A stretch of 64,000 nucleotides of DNA, from the sequence record NZ_CP096760.1; one strand, written 5' to 3'. The notes below the pieces were generated by a model. That model saw only the letters and a list, made by a program, of their open reading frames with translations, was not told the DNA's origin and did no database searches. Of this stretch, positions 9,593 to 19,658 are shown one piece after another; the first letter of the stretch is position 1, and each line of letters starts with the position of its first letter. The position numbers and the translations under genes were made by a program. Source of the DNA: a plasmid.

Positions 9593-10260
9593 TTTTTGCA
9601 TTATGTGGCAGTCATAGAACCGGCAAGACTACTTTGGCTCAAGAATTTGCCAGAGTTTCAGGGGCAAAATTTATCCCTATGTCGATTACTAGATTGCAAA
9701 AGGAAATTGGCTTTAATTCAGCTAATCAGAGCTATAGCTTTGATGAGCGAATGAAAGTTCAGGAACACCTCATTGAGCGCCTGAATGACATTTATGAAGC
9801 CAATTACCACATCGATGCAGTAGCGGATCGCTCCCCTATTGATCTTATGGCATATGCGTTGATACATGCTGGACCTGATATTACTGAGGAACAGTCTAAG
9901 CGTCTTATGCGCTATATCGACCGCTGTGCGCAGGTAGCACGAGATCACTGTATCGGCATCTTGCTGGTTCAGCCGGGCATCGAACTTAAAGAGGATGAAA
10001 AATCTGCACCCGCCGCTTTAGGGTTTATTGAACATCTAAATTCGCTTATTTTGGGTCTGATTAATGATGAACGAGTAAACGAAGTACCGATGTTTTATAT
10101 CCCAAGAAATGTGACCAATTTAAAACGTCGAGTTGCCGTATGTTCAGACGCATTGGCCCGTTCAATGTTACGAAATATGGATAATGATCGTGTCTTTAAC
10201 TGGAACAGTTCGGAAAGTGGTTTTAATGCATACTTCACCCCTTCAAGTCTCCCGCAATAA
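9589..10260 (+). CDS. P-loop NTPase, nucleotide/dNMP-kinase-like
   Basis: Walker A CGSHRTGKTTL at N-terminus. Size (223 aa) and context among nucleotide-metabolism genes. Confidence 0.55.
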   Translation: MIFALCGSHRTGKTTLAQEFARVSGAKFIPMSITRLQKEIGFNSANQSYSFDERMKVQEHLIERLNDIYEANYHIDAVADRSPIDLMAYALIHAGPDITEEQSKRLMRYIDRCAQVARDHCIGILLVQPGIELKEDEKSAPAALGFIEHLNSLILGLINDERVNEVPMFYIPRNVTNLKRRVAVCSDALARSMLRNMDNDRVFNWNSSESGFNAYFTPSSLPQ

Positions 10261-10276
10261 TTTTTATTTGGGGCTA

Positions 10277-10316
10277 TATTATTAGTAAGCACTTACTTTA
10301 TTATTGTGCTTATAAT
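10277..10316 (+). promoter_or_regulatory. palindromic motif variant ATATTATTAGTAAGCACTTACTTTATT with downstream TATAAT (10311-10316)
   Basis: Same core TTAGTAAGCACTTACT. Followed by GC hairpin GCCACCTTCGGGTGGC+TTT (10343-10366), terminator-like. Confidence 0.45.
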
Positions 10317-10794
10317 TAATTGAGTTGCCCTACTCAGAGAGAGCCACCTTCGGGTGGCTTTCATTTACTGGATAAATTTCACGAACAGTTTTGTTCCAAA
10401 AGAAAATCATTACTATCTATTTGTAAGTAAAGTTTAAATGAGTTTTTTCTCATGATGAAAGCTTTTGGTTCTGCAATGATTTCTAGTGAAGAAGGCGGAA
10501 TTATTGAGCAAGCTATCAAATGGTTCAAAGAATCAGTTGATGATTTAGAAAATATTATTGGAACGAAAGATTTTGTATTAACAGCTAAAGAGGGATAATG
10601 CGATGAATAGTTGTTTTATTTTTCCATTAAAAATTCATTGGCTAATGCTATTCGATAAATTCCTGACAGGAGCAATGTTAGGACTTGGTTTTATCGTTGC
10701 AATTTGGACAGTAATTAAACTCACTCAAAAACCAAAGAAAGAGCGAAAACCGCATCGTATTTAGACCGCATTAAATGAATTTTTAAGAATCAAG

Positions 10795-10819
10795 ATTATT
10801 AGTAATAGCTTACTATAAT
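10795..10819 (+). promoter_or_regulatory. palindromic promoter motif variant ATTATTAGTAATAGCTTACTATAAT
   Basis: TATAAT at 10814-10819. Followed by AT-loop hairpin TTTCAGG...CCTGAAA (10822-10851). About 95 nt upstream of ORF 10914. Confidence 0.5.
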
Positions 10820-10913
10820 ATATTTCAGGAATATAAATATATATCCCTGAAATATCCTTATTTATCAATGCTATATTTCAAAACGAAAGTTAAATAACTG
10901 CTTATATTTCGGA

Positions 10914-11462
10914 GTGTTAGCTATGATTCCATATATTCTTGGAGTCGATACTGAAACGACAGGGCTAGAAGTAGATAATGGCGACAAGATTATTGAAATC
11001 GCTCTCATTAAATATGACTTGGACGGCGCAAAGCTAGAGGAATTCGTACAGCGAATTGATCCTGAACGAAACATTGATCCAAAAGCTCAAGCGGTGCATG
11101 GCATTTCCTATTCAGACCTTATCGGTTGTCCAAAATTTGTAGATATAGCAGAAGAAGTTGCCTCAATCGTAAATCACGCCTCTTTGTTAGTGGCTCATAA
11201 CTTTGCATTTGATGGCCCTTTTATCGCAACTGAACTGAAACGTGCAGGCATGACGCCTAAGAAAGTTTCTTCTTTCTGCACGATGGAATATGGCCGTTGG
11301 GCAACGTTTGATGGCAAATACCCAAAGTTAGCAGATTTGTGTTTTTCGTTAGGCGTTGAATATGACGCATTAGCAGCACACGCTGCATCGTATGACGTAG
11401 ACGTGATGATGCAGTGCTTCTTTAAGGCAAGAGAGCGAGGTTTCTTTCAGGTGGAAGTATGA
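10914..11462 (+). CDS. DnaQ-like 3'-5' exonuclease (DEDDh family)
   Basis: Exo I motif LGVDTETTGL. Later HNFAFDGPF and YDVD (Exo II/III-like). Confidence 0.75.
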   Translation: MLAMIPYILGVDTETTGLEVDNGDKIIEIALIKYDLDGAKLEEFVQRIDPERNIDPKAQAVHGISYSDLIGCPKFVDIAEEVASIVNHASLLVAHNFAFDGPFIATELKRAGMTPKKVSSFCTMEYGRWATFDGKYPKLADLCFSLGVEYDALAAHAASYDVDVMMQCFFKARERGFFQVEV

Positions 11463-11701
11463 AAGAAAAACTACCTAGATTCATCTATACGGACTTAGGA
11501 AAGGAGAAGTTATGCATCGAATGCAAATCTTACTTCCCCTTGGATGAAGAGTTCTTTTACTGGCAGTGGCACACCAACAAAAACGGTAGATCAAAACGAT
11601 TCACCGCCACATGTAAGGGCTGTTACGACATCAGATATAGACCTTGGCGTCTCGCAAAACGCAAAAAAGCTATTAAATCAAGCTATGAGGAAAGACTATG
11701 A
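11459..11701 (+). CDS. small Cys-rich zinc-finger-like protein
   Basis: CIECKS...CKGCYD (two CxxC pairs). Confidence 0.45.
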   Translation: MKEKLPRFIYTDLGKEKLCIECKSYFPLDEEFFYWQWHTNKNGRSKRFTATCKGCYDIRYRPWRLAKRKKAIKSSYEERL

Positions 11702-12018
11702 ATCGAAAGCAACGTAAACGTAAATTACAGCGAGCAAAGGCTCATCAGGCACAGTCAAAAGGACACCTTGAAAAGGCTCCATTAAGTCTAAAAGATTGCC
11801 AACAAATCATTAAAGAAATGAATACCAAATATGGCTCTAATTCTCAAACCCTTCCTAAAGAGTTTGGAAATGAACGCATTGCTAAGGCTGCTAATTCAGC
11901 AGGTCACTTAGGAAATCGCCTCCCTCTCACTAGGAGACTTACTTGGTATTACGCAGCTTATTTAAGACTTTTAACTTTCTGGAGACTTATTTGTGGCCGT
12001 TCTACATCAGTTAAATAA
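11698..12018 (+). CDS. hypothetical basic protein
   Basis: Lys/Arg-rich N-terminus; overlapping start/stop with neighbours. Confidence 0.4.
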   Translation: MNRKQRKRKLQRAKAHQAQSKGHLEKAPLSLKDCQQIIKEMNTKYGSNSQTLPKEFGNERIAKAANSAGHLGNRLPLTRRLTWYYAAYLRLLTFWRLICGRSTSVK

Positions 12019-12472
12019 TCATCTTTGCTCATTGCGAAGATGGCAGGATATTTTAAAAGGGCTTCTGCTACTTGGATTAGCAGCAGCAGCTTTAGCTTCT
12101 GCATATTCATTCTACAAAGCCTTCTTCGAGTTAAAAGATTACCTCCTCTCTATACTCTATTTTTTTATAGGGTTTGCCAATTTTTGCTATTTCCTGAAAT
12201 ACAGGAAATATAAAGTGAAGATTACATATCGTTTTAATGTTTATTGCGAAGACATGGAAGAATATTTTGAATGTTCTTTTATTGGCGAAAACTTCGAAAA
12301 GTCACTGATAATGGCTTATGAAAAGGAATTGGAGGGAGTGAAGTATTCCTCCTTTGACAATGTGGTCTTAAACATTCTCGTTCAAAAAAATGAAATTCCC
12401 TATAAAGGTGGAGCTGATGCAGTTTTTGTAAGGCGCAAGCTGAATGGTCTAAAACTGTTTAAGATGGATTAA
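11993..12472 (+). CDS. hypothetical membrane protein
   Basis: Two hydrophobic segments (LLLGLAAAALASAYSF, ILYFFIGFANFCYFL). Confidence 0.4.
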   Translation: MAVLHQLNNHLCSLRRWQDILKGLLLLGLAAAALASAYSFYKAFFELKDYLLSILYFFIGFANFCYFLKYRKYKVKITYRFNVYCEDMEEYFECSFIGENFEKSLIMAYEKELEGVKYSSFDNVVLNILVQKNEIPYKGGADAVFVRRKLNGLKLFKMD

Positions 12473-12473
12473 A

Positions 12474-12530
12474 AGGCGTTCAATTGAACGCCTTTATTAA
12501 TGCCCTGATCATACAGGGCTTTTTATGATT
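12474..12530 (+). terminator. tandem rho-independent terminators (perfect palindrome GGCGTTCAATTGAACGCC+TTTATT; GCCCTGATCATACAGGGC+TTTTTA)
   Basis: GC-rich stems followed by T-tracts directly after stop of 11993..12472. Confidence 0.7.
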
Positions 12531-12752
12531 ATGATTGAAGAAACAAAACGAGCTTTGTATTACCAACCAACGTACTTAAGAAAGCTTAAATCAAAAAGAG
12601 GACATTTCTTATGCTTAAATCTAAAGTAATAAGTTGGCAGCCTTAATTTATCAGTTCTTCGGGTAAGTCATGCCGCCTTTGCTTTTTCCAATCAACTTAA
12701 CAATTAGCTGACTAAAATAACTTAACGTTTTGCTAATTAAGAAATGAATTGA

Positions 12753-13535
12753 TTGGATATGAAAATTTTATTGATGAATGACTCAAGTGTGACAACCGTT
12801 AGAAAAACACATGAGGCTTTAAAAGGTAGAAAACTCATTGCAAGTGGCATGTTTTCAGGTGTCTTTGAAAGCGGAAATCCCAATACCGTTCTTAAATTGA
12901 CTGTCTGTCCAGCCACTTATTACATGCTTAACGACGAAGCAATTAAGATTGATGACATTCACTCACCTAAATTAATCAAAAACTATGGCCAAGTTGGTGA
13001 ATACCTGGTTGGCAAGAATGTGAAAGAAACAAACCTCACAAAACCAAATAAAAAATTAGTTCCATTATTTCTGTTTGAAGTAGAGCGCCTTGAGAAGATT
13101 TCAAAAGGTCCTAATCGCAGCCTTGCCTTAAACCTTACATATGAATTGCGCCGCCGTCTTGCAGGGTTAGAGCACGGTATAAGTGTTCGAGGTGCCACAG
13201 CTAAAATTCTCATTGAAATGGCAAATCAGCTTCCTCAACTGAAGGACGTTCCTACCCTTCTACCTTACTTCGAAAAACTAAATAATTTCGTAGGCAGTTA
13301 CGGTGATGCGTTTTATGACATCCATGCGGCAAATCTAATGCAACGTAGTGATGGAACCATTGTTTTTTCAGATCCAGTTGGCTCAATTGATATTTACACT
13401 TCCGGGCATGGCGAATTTAAACCGATCGTTAGCCTTTCGGACGTGAAGTGGACCGACGTCAAAGACCGACACCGTAAAGAGTTCCAAGCGCTTATTAATA
13501 AAATCAAACCCAATCAGAAAGCATTGAATGCCTAA
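12753..13535 (+). CDS. protein-kinase-like (APH/eukaryotic-like kinase fold) protein
   Basis: Glycine-rich loop SGMFSGVF. VLKL (beta3 Lys). Catalytic-loop-like YDIHAANLM (compare HGDLHPGNIL of APH/choline kinases). DGTIVFSDPVG (metal-binding Asp). Confidence 0.5.
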   Translation: MDMKILLMNDSSVTTVRKTHEALKGRKLIASGMFSGVFESGNPNTVLKLTVCPATYYMLNDEAIKIDDIHSPKLIKNYGQVGEYLVGKNVKETNLTKPNKKLVPLFLFEVERLEKISKGPNRSLALNLTYELRRRLAGLEHGISVRGATAKILIEMANQLPQLKDVPTLLPYFEKLNNFVGSYGDAFYDIHAANLMQRSDGTIVFSDPVGSIDIYTSGHGEFKPIVSLSDVKWTDVKDRHRKEFQALINKIKPNQKALNA

Positions 13536-13546
13536 TTTTGATTGCA

Positions 13547-13573
13547 ATAATAAGTAAGCACTTATTTATAATT
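13547..13573 (+). promoter_or_regulatory. palindromic promoter motif variant AATAATAAGTAAGCACTTATTTATAAT
   Basis: TATAAT at 13568-13573, 15 nt before ATG 13589. Lies inside the 5' extension of track ORF 13538. Confidence 0.55.
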
Positions 13574-13588
13574 AATGGGTATTACGTT

Positions 13589-14032
13589 ATGATTATTGCT
13601 GAAAGTATTTTTAGCCGTATTGGCAATCTGCGCAAAGTTATGTCAGACCATCAAATCGCCTGCCTTCTATCAGGAACCAAAGGTGTTGAGAGTGAGCATT
13701 ACAAAGACTTGATTATCAAAGTCGATGACATCGTAGCCAAATGCCCTCTTACCTATCAAACAGACGGCCAAGGCGACAACGCAATATGCCAAATGCATTA
13801 CTTCAAGGGAGATAGCGACGTTTACATCGTTGAATTAGACGTTGCTGGTCCACCTCATACTCAAGCATATGGAGTAATCAGACTTAATGGCGGTTATCCG
13901 GAGCTTGGATATATCGATTTAGATGAATTGATCAAATATGGGTTTGAGCTTGATTTGTATTACGCCCAACAGACAGTTGGCGAAGTTATGAGAAAACTTA
14001 CCTATGAGCAAACACGACGATACCGTAAATGA
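13589..14032 (+). CDS. hypothetical protein (start revised to ATG downstream of promoter motif)
   Basis: ORF 13538..14032 in track. The first 17 codons overlap the promoter motif, so ATG at 13589 (MIIAESIF) preferred. Confidence 0.5.
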   Translation: MIIAESIFSRIGNLRKVMSDHQIACLLSGTKGVESEHYKDLIIKVDDIVAKCPLTYQTDGQGDNAICQMHYFKGDSDVYIVELDVAGPPHTQAYGVIRLNGGYPELGYIDLDELIKYGFELDLYYAQQTVGEVMRKLTYEQTRRYRK

Positions 14033-14044
14033 AGGAGAAAAATA

Positions 14045-14557
14045 ATGGCGCGTTACTTTGACATGTTTAGCAAAGAGATTTCTAAGGAAGAATATGAAAA
14101 GTTACGTGCCCATTTTGAGGAAGTTTTTAGAAAGCATGCCGAAAACGAACCAGACACTTTGCCGCTAAACATGTTTTCGGTGCGCGAATTTCAAAATGAA
14201 AACCTATGTGTGCAATTAATATGGCTCGGCGAAATCAGCGACAAGATAGTTTCCAGCCACTACAAGTCACAATATCCTATCTTTAAAATTGCGATCTTAA
14301 ATAAACGGAATGATGACCGATGGTATGAAGAACCTTTATCCAAGACGCACAACCGGCGGTCATCAGCCGATGCGGAATACGAAGACATCCTCTTGAAATA
14401 CTCCAAATGTTATTACGATGAAGAAGGTAACTTTACCTATAGTGAGGACAATCTTTCCAAGTGCATTCATGAACAAATTACGGTCGAGGGACTAATAGAA
14501 GAAAATCTCCCGTCAATTACCTTCAAACCGAAGACCAATTTCGATTCAGTGTGGTAA
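14045..14557 (+). CDS. hypothetical protein
   Basis: Long ORF with GGAGAAAAATAATG RBS context; no motif. Confidence 0.5.
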   Translation: MARYFDMFSKEISKEEYEKLRAHFEEVFRKHAENEPDTLPLNMFSVREFQNENLCVQLIWLGEISDKIVSSHYKSQYPIFKIAILNKRNDDRWYEEPLSKTHNRRSSADAEYEDILLKYSKCYYDEEGNFTYSEDNLSKCIHEQITVEGLIEENLPSITFKPKTNFDSVW

Positions 14558-14689
14558 CACACTGAATCTTATTATTTTACTTTACCTACAACATCGCCAT
14601 CATTTCGCTTCTTATCCACACGGCGCTCAATAAACTACATACAGCAGCAAGAAAACTGCAATAACTTCAACTAATAAAGGTATGTAAGT

Positions 14690-15553
14690 ATGAACGCAAA
14701 AGCTACTAATCAAGTAAAAGATGATGAATTACTTATATCTAATCTTTTTGATCAACTTGATATTGATGAATCAGAACTCGACATGGCTTTAGAGCCAACA
14801 GCCGAATCTGCTGCTGTTCAAGATGAAAAGCTAATCGATGAAGAGTTGCATGATGTTGAGTTATTAGACGACTTAAATAACACTGAACTTGAAACACTCA
14901 TTAATGATGAAGAATTAGATTTAAGCCTTGAAGCAGAAGAAGTTGAAAATTCTGTTGTTTCAGATAAGAAAGTTACAGAGCCTGAGAAGTTAAAAACTGA
15001 GAATGTAACTGAAAAACAAGTACCTAAATCTACACAGCAACGTGTAACGCACTACAACTCTAAGAAGTCGGAAGTTTTACTAGACCGTCTAGGCGGTAGT
15101 GCAGACATGATTCTTCTTGAAGCGAGTGATATTGATTTACCAAATGACAAGCTTAAAGAAAAACAAGAAAACCTGTTACGTATCCTGAACAACCAACCGA
15201 CGGTAATTGGTACACGAGGTAATGTTGAGACAGTTCAAAAGAAAGTAGCTGAGAAGGTCATTATCTTGTTCACCTATTTCAAGAACGGTGGAAACTTAAA
15301 TAAGGTCATGAGAATCGCATTTGAGACGATTATTACAGATGGTTATATTACAACTGGTAAAGGTGGCAATCTATATAACAACCTGTTGAATGCACATTAC
15401 TCAGAAGGTACAGCGCGAGCGCAGGCGGGACAGATGCTCCAAATGTTCCCCCTATTGAAAATTGCAACAAAAGAAGGAAATAAGCTAATTCCAAATGAGC
15501 AGTCGCTAATTTTAGCCAAGATGAAAGCTGATCTCTTTCCAAGTGAAAAGTAA
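14690..15553 (+). CDS. hypothetical protein with extremely acidic N-terminal half
   Basis: About 110 aa of D/E/L-rich sequence, then a mixed C-terminal domain. Terminator hairpin GGGAGTGTCAAACTCCC+TTTATTTTTG at 15568-15598. Confidence 0.5.
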   Translation: MNAKATNQVKDDELLISNLFDQLDIDESELDMALEPTAESAAVQDEKLIDEELHDVELLDDLNNTELETLINDEELDLSLEAEEVENSVVSDKKVTEPEKLKTENVTEKQVPKSTQQRVTHYNSKKSEVLLDRLGGSADMILLEASDIDLPNDKLKEKQENLLRILNNQPTVIGTRGNVETVQKKVAEKVIILFTYFKNGGNLNKVMRIAFETIITDGYITTGKGGNLYNNLLNAHYSEGTARAQAGQMLQMFPLLKIATKEGNKLIPNEQSLILAKMKADLFPSEK

Positions 15554-15729
15554 TAGAAAAAAGCGGTAAAAAGGGAGTGTCAAACTCCCTTTATTTTTGC
15601 CTATGTCAAAAACACTATTTTCCTGCTTCTAATTTGCGCGCTAATTACGTTAAAAAAATTTTTATAAAGAAACACTCACGCTGAAAATAAAATTAAATCT
15701 AGCGCTTTACAACGCAAAATAGCACTTCT

Positions 15730-15754
15730 TATATATAAGCGCTTACTTATAAAT
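15730..15754 (+). promoter_or_regulatory. palindromic motif variant TATATATAAGCGCTTACTTATAAAT
   Basis: Same AAGCGCTTACT core with TATAAA -10-like; upstream of IS insertion. Confidence 0.45.
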
Positions 15755-15798
15755 ATTGTTATACTCTTTTAAAAATATAAAACAGTAGATAGAATCCA

Positions 15799-15824
15799 TA
15801 TTATTAGTTATCGCTTACTATATA
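15799..15824 (+). promoter_or_regulatory. palindromic motif variant ATTATTAGTTATCGCTTACTATATAT
   Basis: 38 bp upstream of IS5-family left end. Likely promoter orphaned by insertion. Confidence 0.45.
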
Positions 15825-15861
15825 TTTCCAGATAATTACATTTACTATTCACTCAACACTG

Positions 15862-16901
15862 GCTTTGTTGCACAAACCTAGCCTATAAGGTTTATTCAGT
15901 CCTATATTTCAAAATGAATAAACCTACTCCTAAAACTTATCGTACAACCAACTGGTCTTCCTATAATCGCGCTCTCATTAATCGGGGTAACATTTCCATT
16001 TGGTTTGATCCAAACACTCAGTGGTATGCACAACCACAAGACAAGCAAGGTCGAAATCAAACTTACTCCGATAAGGCTATTCAATGCTGTTTAATGATCA
16101 AATCTTTATTTAGACTCTCTTTACGCATGGTCACAGGTTTTGTTCAAAGTCTGATTAAACTTTGTGGATTAAATTGGACCGCACCAGATTACAGTACGCT
16201 TTGTCGAAGACAAAAACATATTAATATTGCGATTAGCTATCAAAAAAGTAGTGATGGGCTACATCTACTCGTCGACTCAACTGGCTTAAAGTTTCTAGGT
16301 GAAGGCGAGTGGAAACGTAAGAAACATGAACCTGAATATCGTTGCCAATGGCGTAAGCTTCATATTGGCATCGATGCTGAAACCTTGCAAATACGTGCAG
16401 TACAGCTTACTATAAATAATGTGAGCGATTCGCAAGTACTCGGTGATTTACTTGATCAAATCCCGTTGAATGAGCAGATTGATTCGGTCTATACCGATGG
16501 TGCTTATGACACGAAGCACTGCAGACAAGTCATTCTAGATCGAGATGCACATGCGGTCATTCCGCCAAGAAAAAATGCAAAACCATGGAAAGATCAGAAA
16601 TTGAGATCTTTAGAGCGGAATGAGTTACTGAAAACAGTTAAACGTTTAGGAAGAACGCTTTGGAAAAAATGGGCAGGCTATCATCGTCGAAGTTTAGTTG
16701 AAACCAAGATGCATTGCATCAAACTATTGGGGGATAAACTCAGTGCGAGAAACTTTCAGAGCCAAGTGAATGAGATTCATGCTCGTGTGGCAGTATTAAA
16801 TAAATTTACAGAATTAGGTCGTCCTCATACCCAAGTTGTCACTTGAATTCTGTTCAAATGAGCAGAGTGTTGTCTTTTAAATCTTTGTGCAACAAAGCCG
16901 C
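15862..16901 (+). mobile_element. IS5-family insertion sequence (intact copy), about 1040 bp with 16-21-bp terminal inverted repeats GGCTTTGTTGCACAAA
   Basis: IRL GGCTTTGTTGCACAAACCTA at 15862. IRR reverse-complement GGCTTTGTTGCACAAAGATTT ending 16901. Single DDE transposase ORF. Confidence 0.8.
15914..16846 (+). CDS. IS5-family (IS903/IS427-like) DDE transposase
   Basis: N-terminus YRTTNWSSYNRALINRGNISIWFD typical of IS5 family. DDE region DSTGLKF...YTDGAYD...E. Confidence 0.85.
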   Translation: MNKPTPKTYRTTNWSSYNRALINRGNISIWFDPNTQWYAQPQDKQGRNQTYSDKAIQCCLMIKSLFRLSLRMVTGFVQSLIKLCGLNWTAPDYSTLCRRQKHINIAISYQKSSDGLHLLVDSTGLKFLGEGEWKRKKHEPEYRCQWRKLHIGIDAETLQIRAVQLTINNVSDSQVLGDLLDQIPLNEQIDSVYTDGAYDTKHCRQVILDRDAHAVIPPRKNAKPWKDQKLRSLERNELLKTVKRLGRTLWKKWAGYHRRSLVETKMHCIKLLGDKLSARNFQSQVNEIHARVAVLNKFTELGRPHTQVVT

Positions 16902-17244
16902 TAACGACTAAAGTTTCACCGGCTTTAGGCTGACCAATGTCTAACAACCCCATATAAGCAGTAAATCCTGGCATTCCCAAAATATCCAATGCCCAAGATG
17001 GATGTTCAGGTTGCATACCTAAGCTTTGACATACAGTCCCATTAGAAATTGCGTAGCCCTGCCAGCCATTTCCTGAAAGAACCCACTCGCCTTCTTTGAA
17101 TTTTGGGTTTTTAGAGGCCACTACTTGACTGACTCTTCCACCGACCATCACTTCGCCAATTTCAACCGGTGCTGCATATGAGGGAGCATCACTCATGCGA
17201 CCACACATATAAGGATCGAGTGACAAGTAAATGGTCTTTAACAA
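16902..17244 (-). pseudogene. N-terminal fragment of NADPH-dependent curcumin/quinone reductase (MDR family, CurA/YncB-like) truncated by IS5 insertion
   Basis: LSLDPYMCGRM and following MDR N-domain. ORF 16825..17244 reads from the gene into the IS right end, so the C-terminal ~220 aa are missing. Confidence 0.6.
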
Positions 17245-17503
17245 TATCTCGCCTTATTTAAGTTCATTGAGTTCAACTTGCTCAATACGAAAATCGCTGT
17301 GTTTTGGCTCACCGAGTGGCCGTTTAGCTAAAACGATGCGTTGGTTAATAACTGTTTCCACTCGCATAACTCCATGTTTTGTATAAAAGTATTTCTATTG
17401 ATAATTGAGACTGTTGATTAAAACGTCTTTACATCAATTGTAGATGAGTTATAATAAAAAAAATACGACTGGTCTATTTTTTACAATAGAGTAAATAATT
17501 AAT

Positions 17504-18112
17504 ATGAAGCCTAATCCTATTAAAAAGTCTGAAGCGAAGCGCTTACACATTCTTAACACTAGTTCAGACCTGATTTTGCATAAAGGTTTTACCGGTGTAG
17601 GATTACAGGAAATTTTACAGAACTGTGAGATCCCCAAAGGCTCGTTTTATCATTACTTCCAATCCAAGGAAGCTTTCGGATGTGAATTGGTACAGCATTA
17701 TGTAGACAATTACCAAGTCCGTTTAAATGATGTATGGCGTAGTGATAAATCCCCTTATCAAAAGCTAATTGAGTATTTTAATTTATGGATAGAAGATCCT
17801 GTAACACAGTGTGGTTGGGCGGATAGCTGTTTAATTGTGAAACTTGCCGCAGAAGTTGCCGATCTATCTGAAGATATGCGCTCGATTATGTCCGCTGGCG
17901 TCGATGATGTAATCGAACGTATTGCTGGTTTAATTGATTTGGGAAAACAGGATCAGTCTATCCAGGCAGATACTGAGGCCTCGACGTTGGCACAAGTACT
18001 TTACCAAATGTGGTTAGGTGCAGCATTACTGAGTAAATTGCAAAAAGATAAAACACCATTACATCAAGCTCTGAGAGCAACTAAATTTCTATTAAAAAGT
18101 GAAGATTCATAA
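17504..18112 (+). CDS. TetR/AcrR-family transcriptional regulator
   Basis: N-terminal HTH LHKGFTGVGLQEILQNCEIPKGSFYHYFQSKEA. Confidence 0.8.
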   Translation: MKPNPIKKSEAKRLHILNTSSDLILHKGFTGVGLQEILQNCEIPKGSFYHYFQSKEAFGCELVQHYVDNYQVRLNDVWRSDKSPYQKLIEYFNLWIEDPVTQCGWADSCLIVKLAAEVADLSEDMRSIMSAGVDDVIERIAGLIDLGKQDQSIQADTEASTLAQVLYQMWLGAALLSKLQKDKTPLHQALRATKFLLKSEDS

Positions 18113-18216
18113 AAATTAGATTAAATATCAATTACATAATTAATGACAGCAGCCCAATGATTACTTATTAATGTGTTGCTATTAGATCAATTTACAATCC
18201 ATGAGTATAGCGCACA

Positions 18217-18447
18217 ATGAATTCTCCTTCTAAAGCCCTCATGTCTCGTATTTTAGTCGGATATTTAGGCTTATATCCCACACTATTACTGGTACTTACT
18301 TTATTAAAGCCAATTACTCAGCATCAAAGTTTCCCGATGATGGTGTTGATTGAAGTCATAGTATTAGTGCCAGTAACGCAACTGATTTCTTTCCCACTGG
18401 CAGGTTGGCTCATTACACAGCTAAAAAATTTTAAGAATTTGTTTTAA
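18217..18447 (+). CDS. small hydrophobic membrane protein
   Basis: Two predicted TM helices in 76 aa. Confidence 0.4.
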   Translation: MNSPSKALMSRILVGYLGLYPTLLLVLTLLKPITQHQSFPMMVLIEVIVLVPVTQLISFPLAGWLITQLKNFKNLF

Positions 18448-18530
18448 GAAGAATTTATGCTGGCAACAGCAATCCTAAGTCCTTATTTTGCCAACCACAA
18501 CGGTTGGCAAAATAACTCACTTAGTCAATA

Positions 18531-19658
18531 CTAATCTGCGTAAGCTGGATAATCAATATAGCCTTTTTCTGTCCCACCATACATAGTGCTTGCATCTACT
18601 GGATTCAATGGCCAGCCATTGGCGATGCGATCGGGTAAATCTGGATTCGCAATAAATGGGCGTCCAAATGCAATTAAATCGGCCAGTCCTGCCTCTAAAA
18701 TTCGAGTCCCTCTTTCTGCCGTATATCGACCTGCATAAATAATCCGACCACTGAAAGTGTCTCTGACATCTCTACGAAAATCATGAGGAAGTTCTGGTGC
18801 ATTATCCCAATCAGCTTCTGCAATCGATAAATAGGCAATCCCAACTTCTTCAAGTATTTTTATGGCTTCAATATAAGTCACATGTGGATCATCTTCAACC
18901 AACCCTATGTAAACACGATCTTCCTCTGTACTTTCAAATAGCGGGGCAAAACGCACTCCTAAACGATCTGCACCAACCACCTCAGCAACTGCCTCTACTA
19001 CTTCACGTAAAAAACGCAAACGATTGTTTAGTGATCCACCATATTCATCTTCACGGTGGTTACTATGTGCAGAGATAAATTGATTCACCAAATAACCATT
19101 TGCACAATGAATTTCAACTCCATCAAAACCAGCAGCCAAGGCATTGCGTGCTGCTTGAGCATAGAGTTGCACTAATTCTTTAACTTCTGCATTGCTTAAA
19201 GCACGTGGCATTGAAGGATCAGCCAAGGTCCCAGCATTAGGCCCGGTCTCAATAAACACTTTAACATTACTATCAGCCCTAATAGCCGAGGGTGCGACCG
19301 GTGATGCATGATTAGGTTGCAAAGATGTATGTGAAACACGCCCAACATGCCAAAGTTGTGCAAAAATAATGCCTCCTTTAGCATGCACTGCTTCAGTCAC
19401 TTTACGCCATCCAGCAATCTGTTCAGGGCTGTAAATACCGGGAGTCCAAGCATAGCCTTGACCACGTGGCTCGATTTGCGTACCTTCGGTGACCATAAAT
19501 CCTGCCCCGGCACGCTGTTGATAATAGGTTGCCATCAGTTCATTTGGAATATTCCCTGGCTGAGTACTGCGCGACCGCGTTAATGGTGGCAATACAATAC
19601 GGTTTCGCAAAACATAAGGGCCTAAGCTTAAGTTTTGAAAAAGTATGCTGTCTTTCAT
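18531..19658 (-). CDS. Old Yellow Enzyme family NADH:flavin oxidoreductase / alkene (N-ethylmaleimide) reductase
   Basis: OYE motifs PPLTRSRS, HCANGYLVNQF, GVRFAPL. 375 aa. Confidence 0.85.
   Translation of the reverse strand: MKDSILFQNLSLGPYVLRNRIVLPPLTRSRSTQPGNIPNELMATYYQQRAGAGFMVTEGTQIEPRGQGYAWTPGIYSPEQIAGWRKVTEAVHAKGGIIFAQLWHVGRVSHTSLQPNHASPVAPSAIRADSNVKVFIETGPNAGTLADPSMPRALSNAEVKELVQLYAQAARNALAAGFDGVEIHCANGYLVNQFISAHSNHREDEYGGSLNNRLRFLREVVEAVAEVVGADRLGVRFAPLFESTEEDRVYIGLVEDDPHVTYIEAIKILEEVGIAYLSIAEADWDNAPELPHDFRRDVRDTFSGRIIYAGRYTAERGTRILEAGLADLIAFGRPFIANPDLPDRIANGWPLNPVDASTMYGGTEKGYIDYPAYAD

Noticed and set aside
13538-13588. Track ORF start at 13538 for the 164-aa protein
   Set aside because: The first 17 codons overlap the conserved promoter motif and its TATAAT. 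ATG at 13589 immediately downstream is the more plausible start.
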